Positions 47,390 to 60,654 of a DNA stretch of 64,000 nt are shown piece after piece. Position 1 is the first letter of the stretch; each line of letters starts with the position of its first letter. The DNA comes from Squalus acanthias (lineage: Eukaryota), in the NCBI GenBank assembly GCA_030390025.1, contig CM059432.1, forward strand, positions 88,724,001 to 88,788,000, given 5' to 3'. The notes under the pieces were generated by a model. It ran no database searches, had not been told where the DNA came from, and saw nothing but the letters and a program-made list of their open reading frames with translations. The translations under genes and the position numbers were made by a program.

Positions 47390-49261
47390 AGTTATTCGCC
47401 CTTCGAGGGTGATCTCCCTCCCCTTCGCACTTACCCCCTTCCCACCCTACTGCTCCTCCGTAATGTGGCCCTAGTGGCTGCAGCAAAGCTGGCGGAAGGC
47501 TGCTGAATGTCAGATCCAGAGACTGCAGATGCCTTGAAGGACGCCCTCGACCAGCTCTGGGCCTGGAGGGCCCGGCTGCAGACTGCACCAACTCTGCATG
47601 GGCGGCAGCAGTCTGGGATCGCTAGGTTACAGGCTGTGGCAAATGCAATGGCAGAGTGGCACTGGTGAGAGCAGGAATGCTGTCATCCTGAGAGAGGACA
47701 GCACCTTCCTGCTCGACCGACACACTGGCACTCCCCTGGGGCAGTACCTCAGCATCCAGAGCAATCTGCTCAAGTACAGATTGCTGGCCTGCTGTGGCAC
47801 CATCAGATCCCCGGTGGACAATGGGCAACCAGCGATGATGGCAGCAGTCAGCGCTTGCATGACGTCAATCTGAGACTGCATGAGAGCAGTCTGAGATTGG
47901 ATGGCACCAGCCAATGACTCGATTTCAGCACTAAGCCGTTGCGTTGCCTTGCTCTGTGCTGCAGTAGATCCTGCCACCTGACCCATTACACGCGGCATGG
48001 ACTCTGGGTCCCCACGGTCTCCCTGCAATTCAACCATCCTCTGCAATGAGGCAAGGATGGGTTCAAGGGTTTGCGCACAGATGACAGCTGTGCTGGCAGC
48101 GCACTCCTCCACGCTCCTAGCCAGTCCATCCATGCTGTCGGGCACCCTTGCCATTGCACCCATGAGCTCCGTATGCATGCTCTAGGCCTGGGTATTCATG
48201 GCTGCTATATCGATGTCCTCATCCAAGTCCTGTGCAGCAGAACTCGTGCGTGCACTCCCCCTCCGGGGAGATGGCCCCCGAGCTTACCTTCCCCCATGGC
48301 GTTGCTGCAGGCCGCTGGGTCCCAGAGCTTCACCCAGATCAGATCCAAACCCCCCACTCCCCTCCAGTGAACGCGTGGCCCCAGTGTCGGATGTGTCGAC
48401 CTCGGGAGATGCAGGCGGTGAGGCGCGGGCTTCGTCTTCCTCCTCCTCTCACGCGTCGCTCCACTGGGAGGCTGAGGATCAGGCTGCTCAGCTGGTGGCT
48501 CACTATCTGAAGGCAGGAAGGTACAAGAGTGGCTTTAACGTGAGGGCAGGAAGCGAGTAAGGAATGAAGACAGTATAGTTAGATGGAAAGTGTAAAAGGC
48601 TGGTGTTGTGAGGGGGAAGTGGTATGAGAGAGGAGAGAAAGCTGATGAGCATACCATGTTGTCCCCAAGGGGGTCAACCTCTCCAATGGCCACAGCACCG
48701 ACGACATGACTGGCAATGAGTCTGTGGACTCTCTCCTCCAATTGTGTGAGGGGGTGCAGCTCCACCTGTCCTCCTCCCGTTTGTTGTTGCTCCCTCCGAT
48801 TATGTGAAAGCTTGGCCTGCAAGAAAAAGGATAGCGTGTGAGTGAGTGTGCAGCCATGTGTTTGGCAGATGTGCCTACCATAGTTGAATAGCAAGGTGTG
48901 GGATGTGCATTTGACTTTTCTGAGATGGGCATAGTTGTTGGGTATTTAAGTATTTACACTGTCTGTGCACAGAGTGAGGTTGAGATGGTCGGATGTAAAG
49001 GTTTTTCAAGCAGGTGCTCACCCTGACCACCCGAGTGAGGTCGTTGAACTTCAGACGGCACTGTGTTCTTTGGACCAGGCTCCTCGATGAAACGTGCTGG
49101 GCAATCTCCCTCGACACCCTTGTAAACTCCCAGGGCAATGGCCTCCTGCCAGTCTCTAGAAACAGCACTGCCCGTCGGTGTTCCACAGCGCCAACCAGAG
49201 CCACCAATGCCTGGTCGCTAAACCGGCAAGCTGTCTCCCTGGGCCTCTGAGTATCCATCAT
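47390..49261 (-). pseudogene. Harbinger Myb/SANT-like gene, three exons (about 49261-49022, 48816-48655, 48506-47390), decayed
   Basis: RFSDQALVALVGAV...QCRLKFNDLTRVVR|GTGAG, TTGCAG|AKLSHNRREQQQTGGG...|GTATG. The coiled-coil-like third exon has stops and frameshifts. Confidence 0.85.
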
Positions 49262-50459
49262 AAATCTTTGATGAAGATTTTTGACTGCTTGCAGGCCGTG
49301 TCAAAAACTGCAATGAGCAGGGTGTGTCTGTGCAGCAAGATGGACCCTCCCCTTTAAGAACTGGATGGCGCCAGTCTGTCTGAGTACAAGGTAATTGACA
49401 TCGCCTGAGCTTCGGTAGCGCTCTGAGGTAACGCCTCGGTCCCTGACGTTAGTGCCCTAAGAGAGGTGTGTAGCGCTTGATTTAGCGCTCCAATCACCTC
49501 CAGGGGCGCTGGAGACGTATTTCACGGTCGGCGGCGATAAGTAGCGCCGGGCACTAAAATTTGCGCCCAGCCGGTATTAGCGCCCCAAAATGGGCGATAC
49601 CCAATTTTCCCCCCATAAAATCTACCCTCATAAGTACATAATACAACATATTTGTGGGTGATTTTGGCAAATCTTGTATTTTCTTCAGTGTTGCTTAGGT
49701 GTATCTCGCTTCCCGAACCATTTATTTTTTTCCAGCGAATGTGAAATATGCGGCTCAAGGTTATTAATTCACAGTTATACGACAGTTACTACAGACAAAA
49801 CTACTTTGGGGTTAAAATTTGCTTGATCTTGACTTGTTTAATTTATTTAATCCAACAGAATAAATTTGTCCATCTATATTTTCATTCAGTTCAAATCACA
49901 ATTCTATCAGTGATGTGTTTGTAATCGGTGAGCTTCTCCAAAGAGGTTTACTAATCATTTGGTCAAGTATATGTTTGTGTGTACATGTGCGGACATGCAT
50001 CTCTGTGTATGGTGAAAAATGTATTCGCTTTTGATCTAATTACTAGTGACAAAGCTAGCAGTTCCCCTGTCAGGGTCAAATATGCTTTATATTGACTTTT
50101 GTTTAATCAATTTAATCTTTTGGACTACATTTTATGATACATATTGTCATTCTGTTGAAAGCACAGTAGTTGTAACACTACTGTATTTCTAATTATGTCT
50201 TTGATGCAGAAAGGCTTCCTGATAGCCTAACAGTACGGCCCGGATTTTGCGGTCAGCGGCGAAGGAACGGCGCTCGCTGTTCACCTCGCTGACAGCTGCC
50301 CACAATGATTTGACCTGCTTTAGAGTGGAGACTTCCTGTCATCGGGCGTCTGATCCAGCGTGGCACCATTTACAGGGGATCTGTGGCATCTGTGGACAGG
50401 GCAAGAAACAGCAAGGCTCTTCAACCAATCAGACTGAAGAATCCTCACTGAGACACATA

Positions 50460-52901
50460 GGGCTGGATTTTCATTGACCCGTGGAGGCGGGTTTGGAGGC
50501 ATGTGGGGGGTTAAAATTGCGAAAACTGGTGGGCGGGCACAAGTCCGCCTCCATCCCGCCTCCACGCAATTTTCATTAAATCGTGTCTGCTGGTCCCGAC
50601 TCCGTCCAGCCTTTAAGAGGCGGGATAGGCTGTTAAGGCCCTTAACAAGCACTAAATTGGCTCTATAATGCCATTTTGAAAGGCCTTTATGATTTTAACC
50701 CTTGATCTACGTGAAGCACGCCTGATCTGAACCATGATTGTGAAACCTGGCGGGAGCACATTTGGATAGCTGACTATCAGCTACAGGTCCACTGTAGAAT
50801 TTGCAATATTTGCAATATATCGCGATTTTATAAATAAGGAGAAAAAGACATAGTTTCGTTCAAACAGCTTTTATTTCAGCAGAATGCTGTCAGGTTTTCA
50901 AAGTGGACACAAGCAGCTTGTAAAATGGCCGCCACGCCTCGTGGCGGAACATTCTAGACTTTTCGACAGGCAGACAAGATGGCGTTCCAATAAACATTTG
51001 TGCAAGATCGATCAAGACTCAGCACATTTAAGATAATACACGAGACATCATGGGTTTGCAGTATACACATAAATACTGAAATCGGTCTCCCAGGTGCGAA
51101 TAAGGGCTATTGTACCAAGTAATCAAGAACCCATCCAAAGACATTAATATGTAAAATCCCAACGACTCTACGATGAGAGAGCCGTTAGCGGGTAGTTACA
51201 GAAAACATTTGGAAGCCCCAAAACCCCTCCAGGGAGAACACCGACCGATTAAACAATGGGAAAAATATTAACAGGTACTCAGACAATTACGAGTATCCCC
51301 GAAACCCATTAAAACGGAAATCACCCTATACAAGAAATTTGAGTGCCAAACCCTAACAAAAGAAAAGACATTAAGGTTGGGCGGGAAAAAGGAAGATTTT
51401 GCACTATAACTGCAAGCTCCAACCGTCCATCTTTCTCTTATCCTTTCGACTCCTTGCCGCCTGCCTCGTGTCTCTGCCTCTTGTAGCTTATAAAGACTGT
51501 TGAACTTTACGATCCGCTCGGATCTACCTCATGGCGTGCCGCGAAGATCTGTGTGGAACTGGGCTGTGAAGCCTTGAAGCGGGCGCACCATCCCGAGAAG
51601 TCGGTAAACGGTGTTGGAACCGAAGGCCCGAGATGAGATGAGATGAGATGAGATGAGATGAGAAGAGAAGAAGACCATACGTATCGCCACGGTCAGTAAG
51701 CTCCGACCGCGCCTGTAGGTCGAATAGACACTTTCCTTGCCAGGAAGACTTCTTCGAGTTTTACAGAACTGCCAGGAAGACTATTCTTCGAATTCTATCG
51801 CATCAGTGCGAGGGCACAGGAAGACTCTTTTTTGAGTAGAGTCGGAACTCCGAGGACAACACAGATCTTCATGACAGCAGACGTTCCAGCCTGCTAGCCG
51901 GAGCAGAAACGAGTAAACAAGTGGGGTACAGAGACTCCTGATCGACACGTGGGTGCTGCGGTGAAAAACATCCGATCAGAGTTTTCGGAATTCTCCGAGT
52001 TATCACGAGTGGTGAGCATGAGTCTCGATCCTACAAGTCTAGCTTAGGGCAGATATTGATAGGGGAGGGTTTAAGTTTTAAGGATAATTGTAATGTGTGC
52101 CCCCATTTACGATGTGTCGTTCATTCCTCGTTTCCCTGAAATTAGTTACATAACTGCGTGTAAGATTGTACTGTCATTAATCTGTGCTTATGACATGTAT
52201 TTCGTAATCTTAAATAATATGCAATAAAGATTTTCCATTTCGTACCATTCAACCGGGTCTATCTGAGTTTTATCTCCATTACTGCTCTCGCATCTAAGTC
52301 CAGTGTCAGAACCGTAAGGGCGAGTGGGTCGAACCACTCACAGGTGTCTAGTGCTCCCAGACTGGCTGGAGACCAGAACAGGCAACAAGGCCTAAACCCG
52401 CACTAGCATCCAGGCTGCACAGAGCCACACGAATCTCACAGGTTCAGAGAGAGAAACCCTTACACCACTATTACAATGGAGATGTGATGAAGGTAGTAGT
52501 AGTATTAGGTCTGAAAGTCACCTCTGATGCTGCTGCATTGAAGGTCTTCAGAAACTGCCTGGCCTTTTCTGTGAGAGGACCTGGATGCAAAAAAATTTCT
52601 CTCTCTCTCTCTCTCTCTCTCAGCAGACGTAGACCTGCTGCTCATTTTGCATCCAGGTCCTCTCACAGCAAAGGCCAGGCAGACTCTGACCTTCAATGCA
52701 GCAGCAACAGCAATGATGACATCATCAGAGGCGACTTTCAGACTGAAACCACTAATTGGTTCATGGGTTCCCACATGCTGGAACTCAATTGCCCAATTAA
52801 GTGAAAATTGCATCAATCTCCCACATCCAATTGCAGTCGGGTGGATGACACGAAATGCGGGTGACATGACCCCAACCCGCCCCAGTATCAAAATCCAGCC
52901 C
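50460..52901. mobile_element. Harbinger-type MITE (~770 bp net) with TSD ATA, hosting a solo LTR
   Basis: Perfect 12-bp TIR GGGCTGGATTTT / AAAATCCAGCCC, ATA at 50457-50459 and 52902-52904. Confidence 0.8.
50793..52464 (+). mobile_element. Solo LTR (1672 bp), TSD CCAC; second copy of 18462-20168
   Basis: TGTAG...TTACA with CCAC duplicated. Colinear and highly similar to 18462-20168, including (GAGAT)n. Confidence 0.92.
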
Positions 52902-53981
52902 ATAGGCTGTGATTTTGCTGACTGTGGTGGGTCCGTGGCGGGTGATGTCGGTGGCGGGTCCTGACCCCGCTGCTGGCTCCATCCCACTGTCTGAAATGAA
53001 GTACCTTGATTAGGCTTGTTAAGCCCGCCCAACACATTTCCCGGCCAATTAGAGGAAGCGCATCTGGTGACGTCATCAGCCGGTTTCCTTAAAGGGACCA
53101 AGTCCAAATTTATTTTGACAGTTGTGCTGTCAGTGTTCTACAGCATTGAGGTGCTGCAAACACTGACAAGCACTGCACATGTGCTTATGAGGGAGTCACA
53201 GCACGCAGCATGCAGGGAGGTTCTTTTCCCTTCCAATGAGCAGAAGAGACATCCCCAGGACACCAATGCAGCATGGTTGCACATTGCAGAGGAGGACACA
53301 AGCAGGGATGTGGTCATGAGGTCCTGGGTGCAGTGCCGCAAATGTTTCAATGATCTCAGTAGATCACGAAACGTTAGTACAAAGCCACACTCAGCCTCAT
53401 CCTGCTGTGCCTCTCATCACATCCCCATCACTCTGCCTTCCCTACCCTACTCCTGCACACCCTTACTCACACCAACTACAGATTTATGTGCACCTTTCGA
53501 AGTGGCTTAGTGTGTTGCAGTGAATGGTGAAACTTAATGGTACCTCCACAATGGTGATGAGTGCGAAAGGAATGGCTTGGGCATTGTTGGGGTGCTTTAT
53601 GGTGTCGCTGTGCGGTGGTGCCAACCTGGCACATCATGTGGCAGCCAGGGTGTAAAGCATCAAGTGAAGTAAATCTGGCCATGGTGAGGCCATCCCTGGC
53701 CTCCCGGGCAGCAATGTGGTTGGGTGCTGATGCCTTGTGTCCTGTGCAGTATCAGTTGATTGCGGAGAAGGTTGGTGTTGTTATTGGTGCTGCTGGTGTG
53801 CCTGGTGCTGCTGGTGTTGGAGCTGATTGTGGTGGGATTCTAAGGACCAAGGTGAGAGAGTATAAAGGGCACCCATGCTGATGGAATAGATGTGATGCAG
53901 AGATGCCGGTGTTGGACTGGGGTGGACAAAAGTGAGAAGTCGCACAACACCAGGTTATAGTCCAACAGCTTTATTTGAAAT

Positions 53982-54013
53982 CACAAGCTTTCGGAGCGCT
54001 GCTCCTTCGTCAG
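53982..54013 (-). ncRNA. Minimal hammerhead-ribozyme-like motif in Penelope pLTR
   Basis: Minus strand reads CTGACGA-A-GGAGC-AGC-GCTCC-GAAA-GCTTGTG. Confidence 0.65.
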
Positions 54014-54385
54014 GTGAAGTGAAGAAATACAAATGGGCACAGCATATATAGTCAGAGAGCACTGCCAGACGATTACAGTTAATCTTTCTAACTGCCCTTT
54101 ATCACACCTCGGCAGAGAGACAATCACGGCAATCAAAGGTGTGGATGGTGTCCAACCAGGTCAGTCAGGAAGACATTACATCAAAGACGATAGCAAAATA
54201 CAACAAAGACAATGAGGTGGGGTCACAAGGGGTCAAATGTGGCAGATGCTGGAGTCTGTATGGAAAGCAAAAAACTTTAAACTTTTTACTTTTTTTGCTG
54301 GAAATCACAGCAGGTCCGGCCACATCTGTGTAGAGAGAACAAGCCAGCGACGACTCGAGTCTGGATGACTCTACGTCAGGTGGGG

Positions 54386-56528
54386 TTACATGTAGTGTGA
54401 CATGAACCCAAGATCCCGGTTGAGGCCGTCCTCATGGGTGCAGAACTTGGCTATCAGTTTCTGCTCAATGATTTTGCGTTGTCGTGTGTCTCGAAGGCCG
54501 CCTTGGAGAACCCTTAACCGAAGATCGGAGGCTGAATGTCCTTGACTGCTGAAGTGTTCCCCTGACTGGGAGGTAACACTCCTGCCTGGTGATTGTTGCA
54601 CGGTGTCTGTTCATACGTTGTCGTAGTGTCTGCATGGTCTCGCCGATGTACCATGCTCCGGGGCATCCTTTCCTGCAACGTATGAGGTAGACAACGTTGG
54701 CCGAGTCACATGAGTATGTACCATGTACCTGGTGGGTAGTGTCCTCACGTGTGATGATGGTATCTGTGTTGATGATCTGGCATGTCTTGCAGCGGTTGCC
54801 ATGGCAGGGTTGTGTGGTGTCGTGGTCGCTGTTCTCCTGAAAGCTAGGTAATTTGCTGTGAACGATGGTACTTTTGAGGTTAGGCAGCTGTTTGAAGGCG
54901 AGTAGTGGAGGCGTGGGGATGGCCTTAGCGAGGTGTTCATCGTCATCGATGACATGTTGAAGGCTGCGAAGAACATGGCGTAGTTTCTCCACTCCGGAGA
55001 AGTACTGGACGACGTAGGGTACTCTGTTGGTTGTGTCCCGTGTTCGTCTTCTGAGAAGGTCTATGCGATTTTTCGCTGTGGCCCATCGGAACTGTCGATC
55101 GACGAGTCGAGCGTCATATCCTGTTATTACGAGGGCGTCTTTCAGCATCCGTAGGTGTCCATCGTGTTCCTCCTAGTCTGAGCAGATCCTGTGTATTCGC
55201 AGGGCTTGTCCATAGGGGATGGCTTCTTTAACGTGGTTAGGGTGGAAGCTGGAGAAGTGGAGCATCGTGAGGTTGTCCGTGGGCTTGCGGTAGAGGGAAG
55301 TGCTGAGGTGTCCGTCTTTGATGGAGATTCGTGTGTCCAAGAATGAAACCAATTCTGAGGAGTAGTCCATGGTGAGTTTGATGGTGGGATGGAACTTGTT
55401 GATGTTATCATGTAGTCTTTTCAGTGATTCTCCGCCGTGGGTCCATAGGAAGAAAATGTTGTCGATGTATCTGGTGTATAGCATTGGTTGGAGGTCCTGT
55501 GCAGCGAAGAAGTCTTGCTCGAACTTGTGCATGAAGATGTTGGCGTATTGGGGTGCGAATTTGGTCCCCATGGCTGTTCCGTGTGTTTGGGTAAAAAACT
55601 GGTTGTCGAAGGTGAAGACATTGTGGTCAAGGATGAAGCGGATGTGTTGTAGGATGGCGTCTGGAGATTGACTGTTGTTGGTGTTGAGTACTGAGGCTGT
55701 CGCAGCGATGCCGTCATCATGGGGGATATTGGTGTAGAGTGCCGAGACGTCCATCGTGGCGAGGAGTGTTCCTGGTTCAACTGGTCCGTTGGTGCTGAGT
55801 TTCTGTAAGAAGTCTGTAGTGTCGCGACAGAAGCTGGGGGTTCCCTGTACGATGGGTTTCAGGATGCCCTCGATGTATCCAGAGAGGTTCTCACACAGGG
55901 TTCTGTTGCCTGATACGATAGGACGTACGGGTGTGTTGGCTTCTTGTATCTTTGGGAGGCAGTAGAAGTCTCCCACATGGGGAGTACGTGGGATGAGAGC
56001 ACGTAGGATGCTTTGAAGGTCTGGATCGAAGGTGTTGATCAGTCTATTGAGTTGGCGGGTGTGTTCTTTGATCGGATCTGCGGGTAACTGTCTGTAGTGT
56101 TCCTGGTTGTCCAGTTGTCGGTATGCTTCTTTGCAATAGTCCATTCTGTTCTGTATGACAATGGCTCCTCCTTTGTCCGCTGGTTTGATGACGATGTTGC
56201 GGTTGGTCTTGAGAGCGTGGATGGCGTTGCGTTGTGCTCGGGTGTCATTCTGGACTGTCTTGTGAGTGCGGCTGATGAATCTGACGTTGATGCATCTCCT
56301 GACAGCTTGAGCATACATGTCAAGCTTAGGGCAGCGACCCTCCGGAGGGGTCCAATTTGACTCTTTCTTCTTCGGTTGCTGCACTGCGGGTCCCTCTGTC
56401 TGCTGTTCCGGATCATTGATTGTCTCATTGGGTTCGTTGCTGACATCTTGGGATTCGTGGAAGAATTCCCAGAGCCTCATTCTCCTGATGAATTCCTCTG
56501 TGTCTGCCGCGAGACCGATGGGGTCCAT
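54386..56528 (-). pseudogene. Penelope RT + GIY-YIG endonuclease ORF (one TAG at 55173, frameshift near 54565, YIDD appears as YIDN)
   Basis: IKPADKGG, FYCLPKI, RPIVS, MDVSALYTNIPH, GTAMG, RYIDNIF, FLDT and NVVYLIRC...YIGET...LRQRM..HR. Confidence 0.93.
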
Positions 56529-57984
56529 TTTAGTGTTGGGGCAGAAATTGAGATGGAATAGATGGCAGGCTAAGTAGAGATGACAGAAACGATCTGTTAA
56601 TGGTGAGATAGGTAATGAGGTCAGACTGGATGGAGACCTGTGTAAAGACTTGCAGCATTCTGAATCTGTTGTGGAAATGCAGTGAGGAAGAGCTTGTGGC
56701 TGAGGGAAGCTGAAGCTGTCAACTCAACAGCTGATTCAATGGTCACTGAACTCCGCAGCTTAACAGACGTGATCCCCGAGCAGCGAGGACCCCGTGGGCG
56801 AGCACGTAAAATCAAAAGGTGAGCTGAAATGTATTCTTAATGATCTCTAAACAAATTCATAATTACCTGAATTGGATCCCCCGCCACTGCGTGTCGAGTC
56901 TGCTCAGCGCTGACAGACCCGACACCGGGGAAAGGTAGTGGGTTCACAGCGGGTTCACAGCGGGGTCCCGACCCACTGGGGAAAAAAACCACTTTCCCAT
57001 GCAATCTGCCACCAATCGCGCCTGCTGACCCCCACAAAATCTCGGCCACAGAGTCCAAACCAGGAAGTATAAAGCAGGAAATATAAATTAGATTTAAATG
57101 ATGCACAGAAAGCAAAATAAAGTTTGTGATATACAAATGGGATGAAGGGAGAGAGATAAAAGAGACAGACAGAAAAAGTCAAAAAATATATTTTATTTTT
57201 TTTAAACACAAATTTTCTTCGGAGGGAATGAAACTCCACATCTGTAAAATAATTTTTTCAGGGCCAGAGAGGTTATTCAGCAGTAATTATCACTTATCAC
57301 AGCGTTAAAAACTCACTTACACCTGAATGCACCATCCCTAACTTTTTTAGCCATCTTTAGTGCAGAACTAGTGGGTAAGTATCACAATTTCACGCCGTTG
57401 TAGTCATTTCAATGCCGAGTCTATCAGCGAGAACTGCACTAACGCATCCTGTGGAGGAGCAAGGTATCTCTGACAGGAACTTCTGAATTTCTGTGTTTAA
57501 ATGCGCATGTGTGGATTCTAGAAGTTGCTGTCCGATTTACCCCATAATAATGGTGAGCATGATAATCCAGGCCTATGCATCTGCGAAGGTGGGCTGAATT
57601 GTCAGGAAATGGAGAGGCAGTGCCCTGAAAATGGTAACCCCAGCAATGTTCTCCGGGACCTACTGCTGGGCAAGCGGAGTGGCCTCCTGTGACAGACGGG
57701 AGGCCCAATTAAAATGACAATCGGGATATGATGTACATAGGACCACGATTGTTATTTTCAACCTGAACTGGTTGGAGGTTACGTCGTGCACACTCCGACC
57801 AGTATCAGCTGGCTGCCCAACCGAAGATCCCAAACGTAATTTCCTCATTATTCTTTGTGGGACCAAGAGGAGCAGGAGTGGTCCTCCAGGCTCCACAAAG
57901 CCAGTCTGGGCCATTGCCTCATGGGCTCCGCACCCCCACCCTCCCAAACATCGGAGCCCCACTTCTTACTTACCTTCAAGGAGC

Positions 57985-58650
57985 AGAGTTTGTGTTTAGG
58001 GACATATGGTTGGAGGTGATTGTTGAGGTGGAGTAGGATAAAGCCATGGAGGGATTTGAAGGCAAGCACACGAATTAAAATTCAATCCGCTGGGCACAAA
58101 GCTGATGGAGCTTGATAAGGATGACGTGATGGGCCTTAGTGCAGATCAGGGTATGAACTGCAGTGGTTTTATTTTGTTGCAGTTTGTGGAGGGTGGAGGC
58201 AGGGAGAAGAGTATTGGACAAACGGAGCCTCAAGGTATAGGTGAGCCTTTCTGTGGATTAAGTAAACTGGGAAAAGTGGGGAAGATGGCTGGAGAAGGTG
58301 TAAGAAAATGGCATTGATAATAGTTTAGATGTGGGGAAAGAAGCTGAGCAGTACACGATTCCGCACCTCTGGGCTTAGCCTGAGGTGGCAGCCAAGGAAG
58401 TGAATGGAGTCGAGACCTGAGGCATGTGGGCATTTGTGGGTGCTGATTTTTAGCTGGAGGAAGATTCAGCTCATCCTGGTCTTAATGTCAGACAGCGAGT
58501 GAGAACAGTCTTGGGGCTAATGGAGGAAGCAGAACTGAGTGTTATTAGCATATATATGACAGTCCCATGCTTCTGGATTATGTTGCAGAAGGGTAACATA
58601 TAAATGATAAAGACAAGTGGGTCAAGGACACAGCTGTGCAGGCACTGGAG
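57985..58650 (-). mobile_element. Old L2 LINE ORF2 fragment
   Basis: Minus-strand QRIEF...LAFKSLHG...L...LQPYVP motif typical of the L2 ORF2 C-terminus. Heavily decayed. Confidence 0.6.
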
Positions 58651-60654
58651 GAGAGATCATTGGAGGCATTGTAATGCCTTTAAGCACTCTTTAGGCAATA
58701 TTTTCCGGTTGACGTTATTTTAACGGCAGGATTAACCCAATTAAAGGGGTTGATATTAAACCCTCACGATGTGCAAGAGAGTGTCGGGGGGCCGGTTAAA
58801 AAATGTAAAATCCCGAAATGTGACCCAAACCTGCCGCGTACGTGCCTGCCACCATTTTTATGGTGGCGGGTTGCATGACGTGTCTGTGTCAAGCTCTCAA
58901 GAGGCGGGACACTGCCTTATATTTAAATACGGCAGTTGGAAGCCTGATTTAAATTTAATGCTGGCCGGCCGGGTTCCCCAGGGCTCGGGAAACCTGCAGC
59001 TAAATGGAGACGGGAGCAGCCAGATCAAGCAAGTTGGTGCTTTACGGTGCACTTCGTGTGGGTCACGAGGAGCAGGAAAGTTTCCCCCGGCCCCTCAAGC
59101 AAACCTTCGGCCAATCGCGGCCTCTCACCGTGGCTGCGATTGGCTGACCCCCACATCATGCCTCGATCTTTACCTCCCTACTGATTGCCATGCTCCGATC
59201 CCCCCCACCAAGCCCCGATCTTTCCCAATTGCTGGGGACCATGCCCAACGGTCCCTGGCTATGACCTTCCACCGTTGGCTTTCCCAGTCAACCTGGCCAG
59301 CTCCCAGGCAGGAAACGGAATTAAAAATTAAAAATGAGGTCCTGCCATTAAATTCGGCAGGACCTCCGTGTTACCGGGATTTCTGGGTTCTCCCCTCACA
59401 ACCACGCTCCCTTGGTCCCTCCCCGCCTCCCCGTAAATATTTGTTAAAAATAATGCTTCTGGGAAAACTTTGGCCAGTATCTGTGATAAGTCAAAACAAA
59501 AAGGGGTAATTTTGACTTTGTGCAATAGTATAAAATGGGTGATAACAAATCAGCAGCCTGGTTTATATTGCAATTCACATGCTTTACACTATTACACAAA
59601 GTCAAAATTACCCCCAAATAGTCTGGAAGTTCTCCTCACTAAAAAAACGTTTCTTTCATCACACTGGAGACCATTGACACCATGCATTGACAACCTGCTC
59701 CGTCCATAGGAAAAAAAGTTTTGTCAACATACATGTAACTTGGACAAAACATGGAGCCCCTTTAGCAGCTCTCAGTAACATCAGGGTTAATATTTTCTAG
59801 GTGCCATAAAATAGCAACTTCAAAATAAAAATCAGCTCTTTCCTCATCGAATTGGTACTGGATCCGACTCCTTACCCTGCAACAGCTAACAGGCTTCAGA
59901 CAAGGGCAAATAACAGTAAGGGTTAACTGTTAAAGTGAGCACAATGATGGGGAAGGACCCTGAGAAACACCAGCTGAGGTGTTTGATGCAAGTGTGAGGT
60001 TGAGAATCAATGCTGCATGAAATATAATTTTAGTTATACAGCAGTTCGTTGCTCCAACAGTGGAAATACCTCAAACAGGTGATGCCAACAATACTTAAGA
60101 GCCTCTGTGCCAGGTATACCCAACATCAATCAGGGAGATATACAAGAAGCAGTTTAGTCAATTCTGAATTCCTAGGGCTCCAGGAGTTGATTCTTGGATA
60201 AACCTCATTAACTTTATATCTTGTTCTGCAGCATAGAGATCCTGCCCTTGCAGATATTTTTATAGTGTAGTTCTGTTAATTTCATGCTTGCAATTGGATA
60301 TTTATTTTGCCACAGGGATAGCCTTTGGCTGCGATTGCCACTGCAAACAGTATGAGAGAGCTATGGCAAGTTAGCAAAGAAGTAAATTGGGTCAGCTTCT
60401 AGTTTATTGCGCTCATCTTCACTAAGGAGAAAATGTATTTACTGTTGTTATTCATCACTTTCATGTTTCAGACCTCACTGAGGTCAGAGCACTCAGTTCA
60501 GCCCAACAGAAATGTAAGAAATGGGGGGACAAGATGGTACTTTTTGTCTGAAGGCAGTCTCTAGAAGGTTCGATGAAAACAATCAGGTATATTTTCCAGT
60601 CCAGGCACTAAACTGCCTGGACCGAGTGCAGCAAGCTTAATGCTTGGTGATTTC

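Larger units (their letters stand above)
45417..49614. mobile_element. Full-length PIF/Harbinger transposon (4198 bp), TSD ATA
   Basis: TIR GGGGGAAAAATTTGG / GGGGGGAAAATTGGG, ATA on both sides, convergent transposase and Myb-like genes. Confidence 0.95.
53893..56551 (-). mobile_element. Penelope-like retroelement, 5'-truncated, 13-bp TSD GATGGAATAGATG
   Basis: TSD at 53880-53892 and 56552-56564. RT plus GIY-YIG ORF. The 3' pLTR is homologous to 36865-36990. Confidence 0.95.
52905..57573. mobile_element. Decayed Harbinger-derived element hosting the Penelope insertion
   Basis: Myb-like peptide AWLHIAEEDTSRDVVMRSWVQCRKCFNDL at about 53270-53360. Harbinger-like termini. Boundaries are uncertain. 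Confidence 0.5.

Noticed and set aside
18462..52464. A single 34-kb LTR element bounded by the two 1.7-kb repeats
   Set aside because: Each repeat has its own 4-bp TSD (GCTG, CCAC), and there is no PBS or PPT inside the pair. They are independent solo LTRs.
58769..59509. 246-aa ORF
   Set aside because: It has no domain signature and lies in GC-rich MITE-like sequence similar to 26806-27610.
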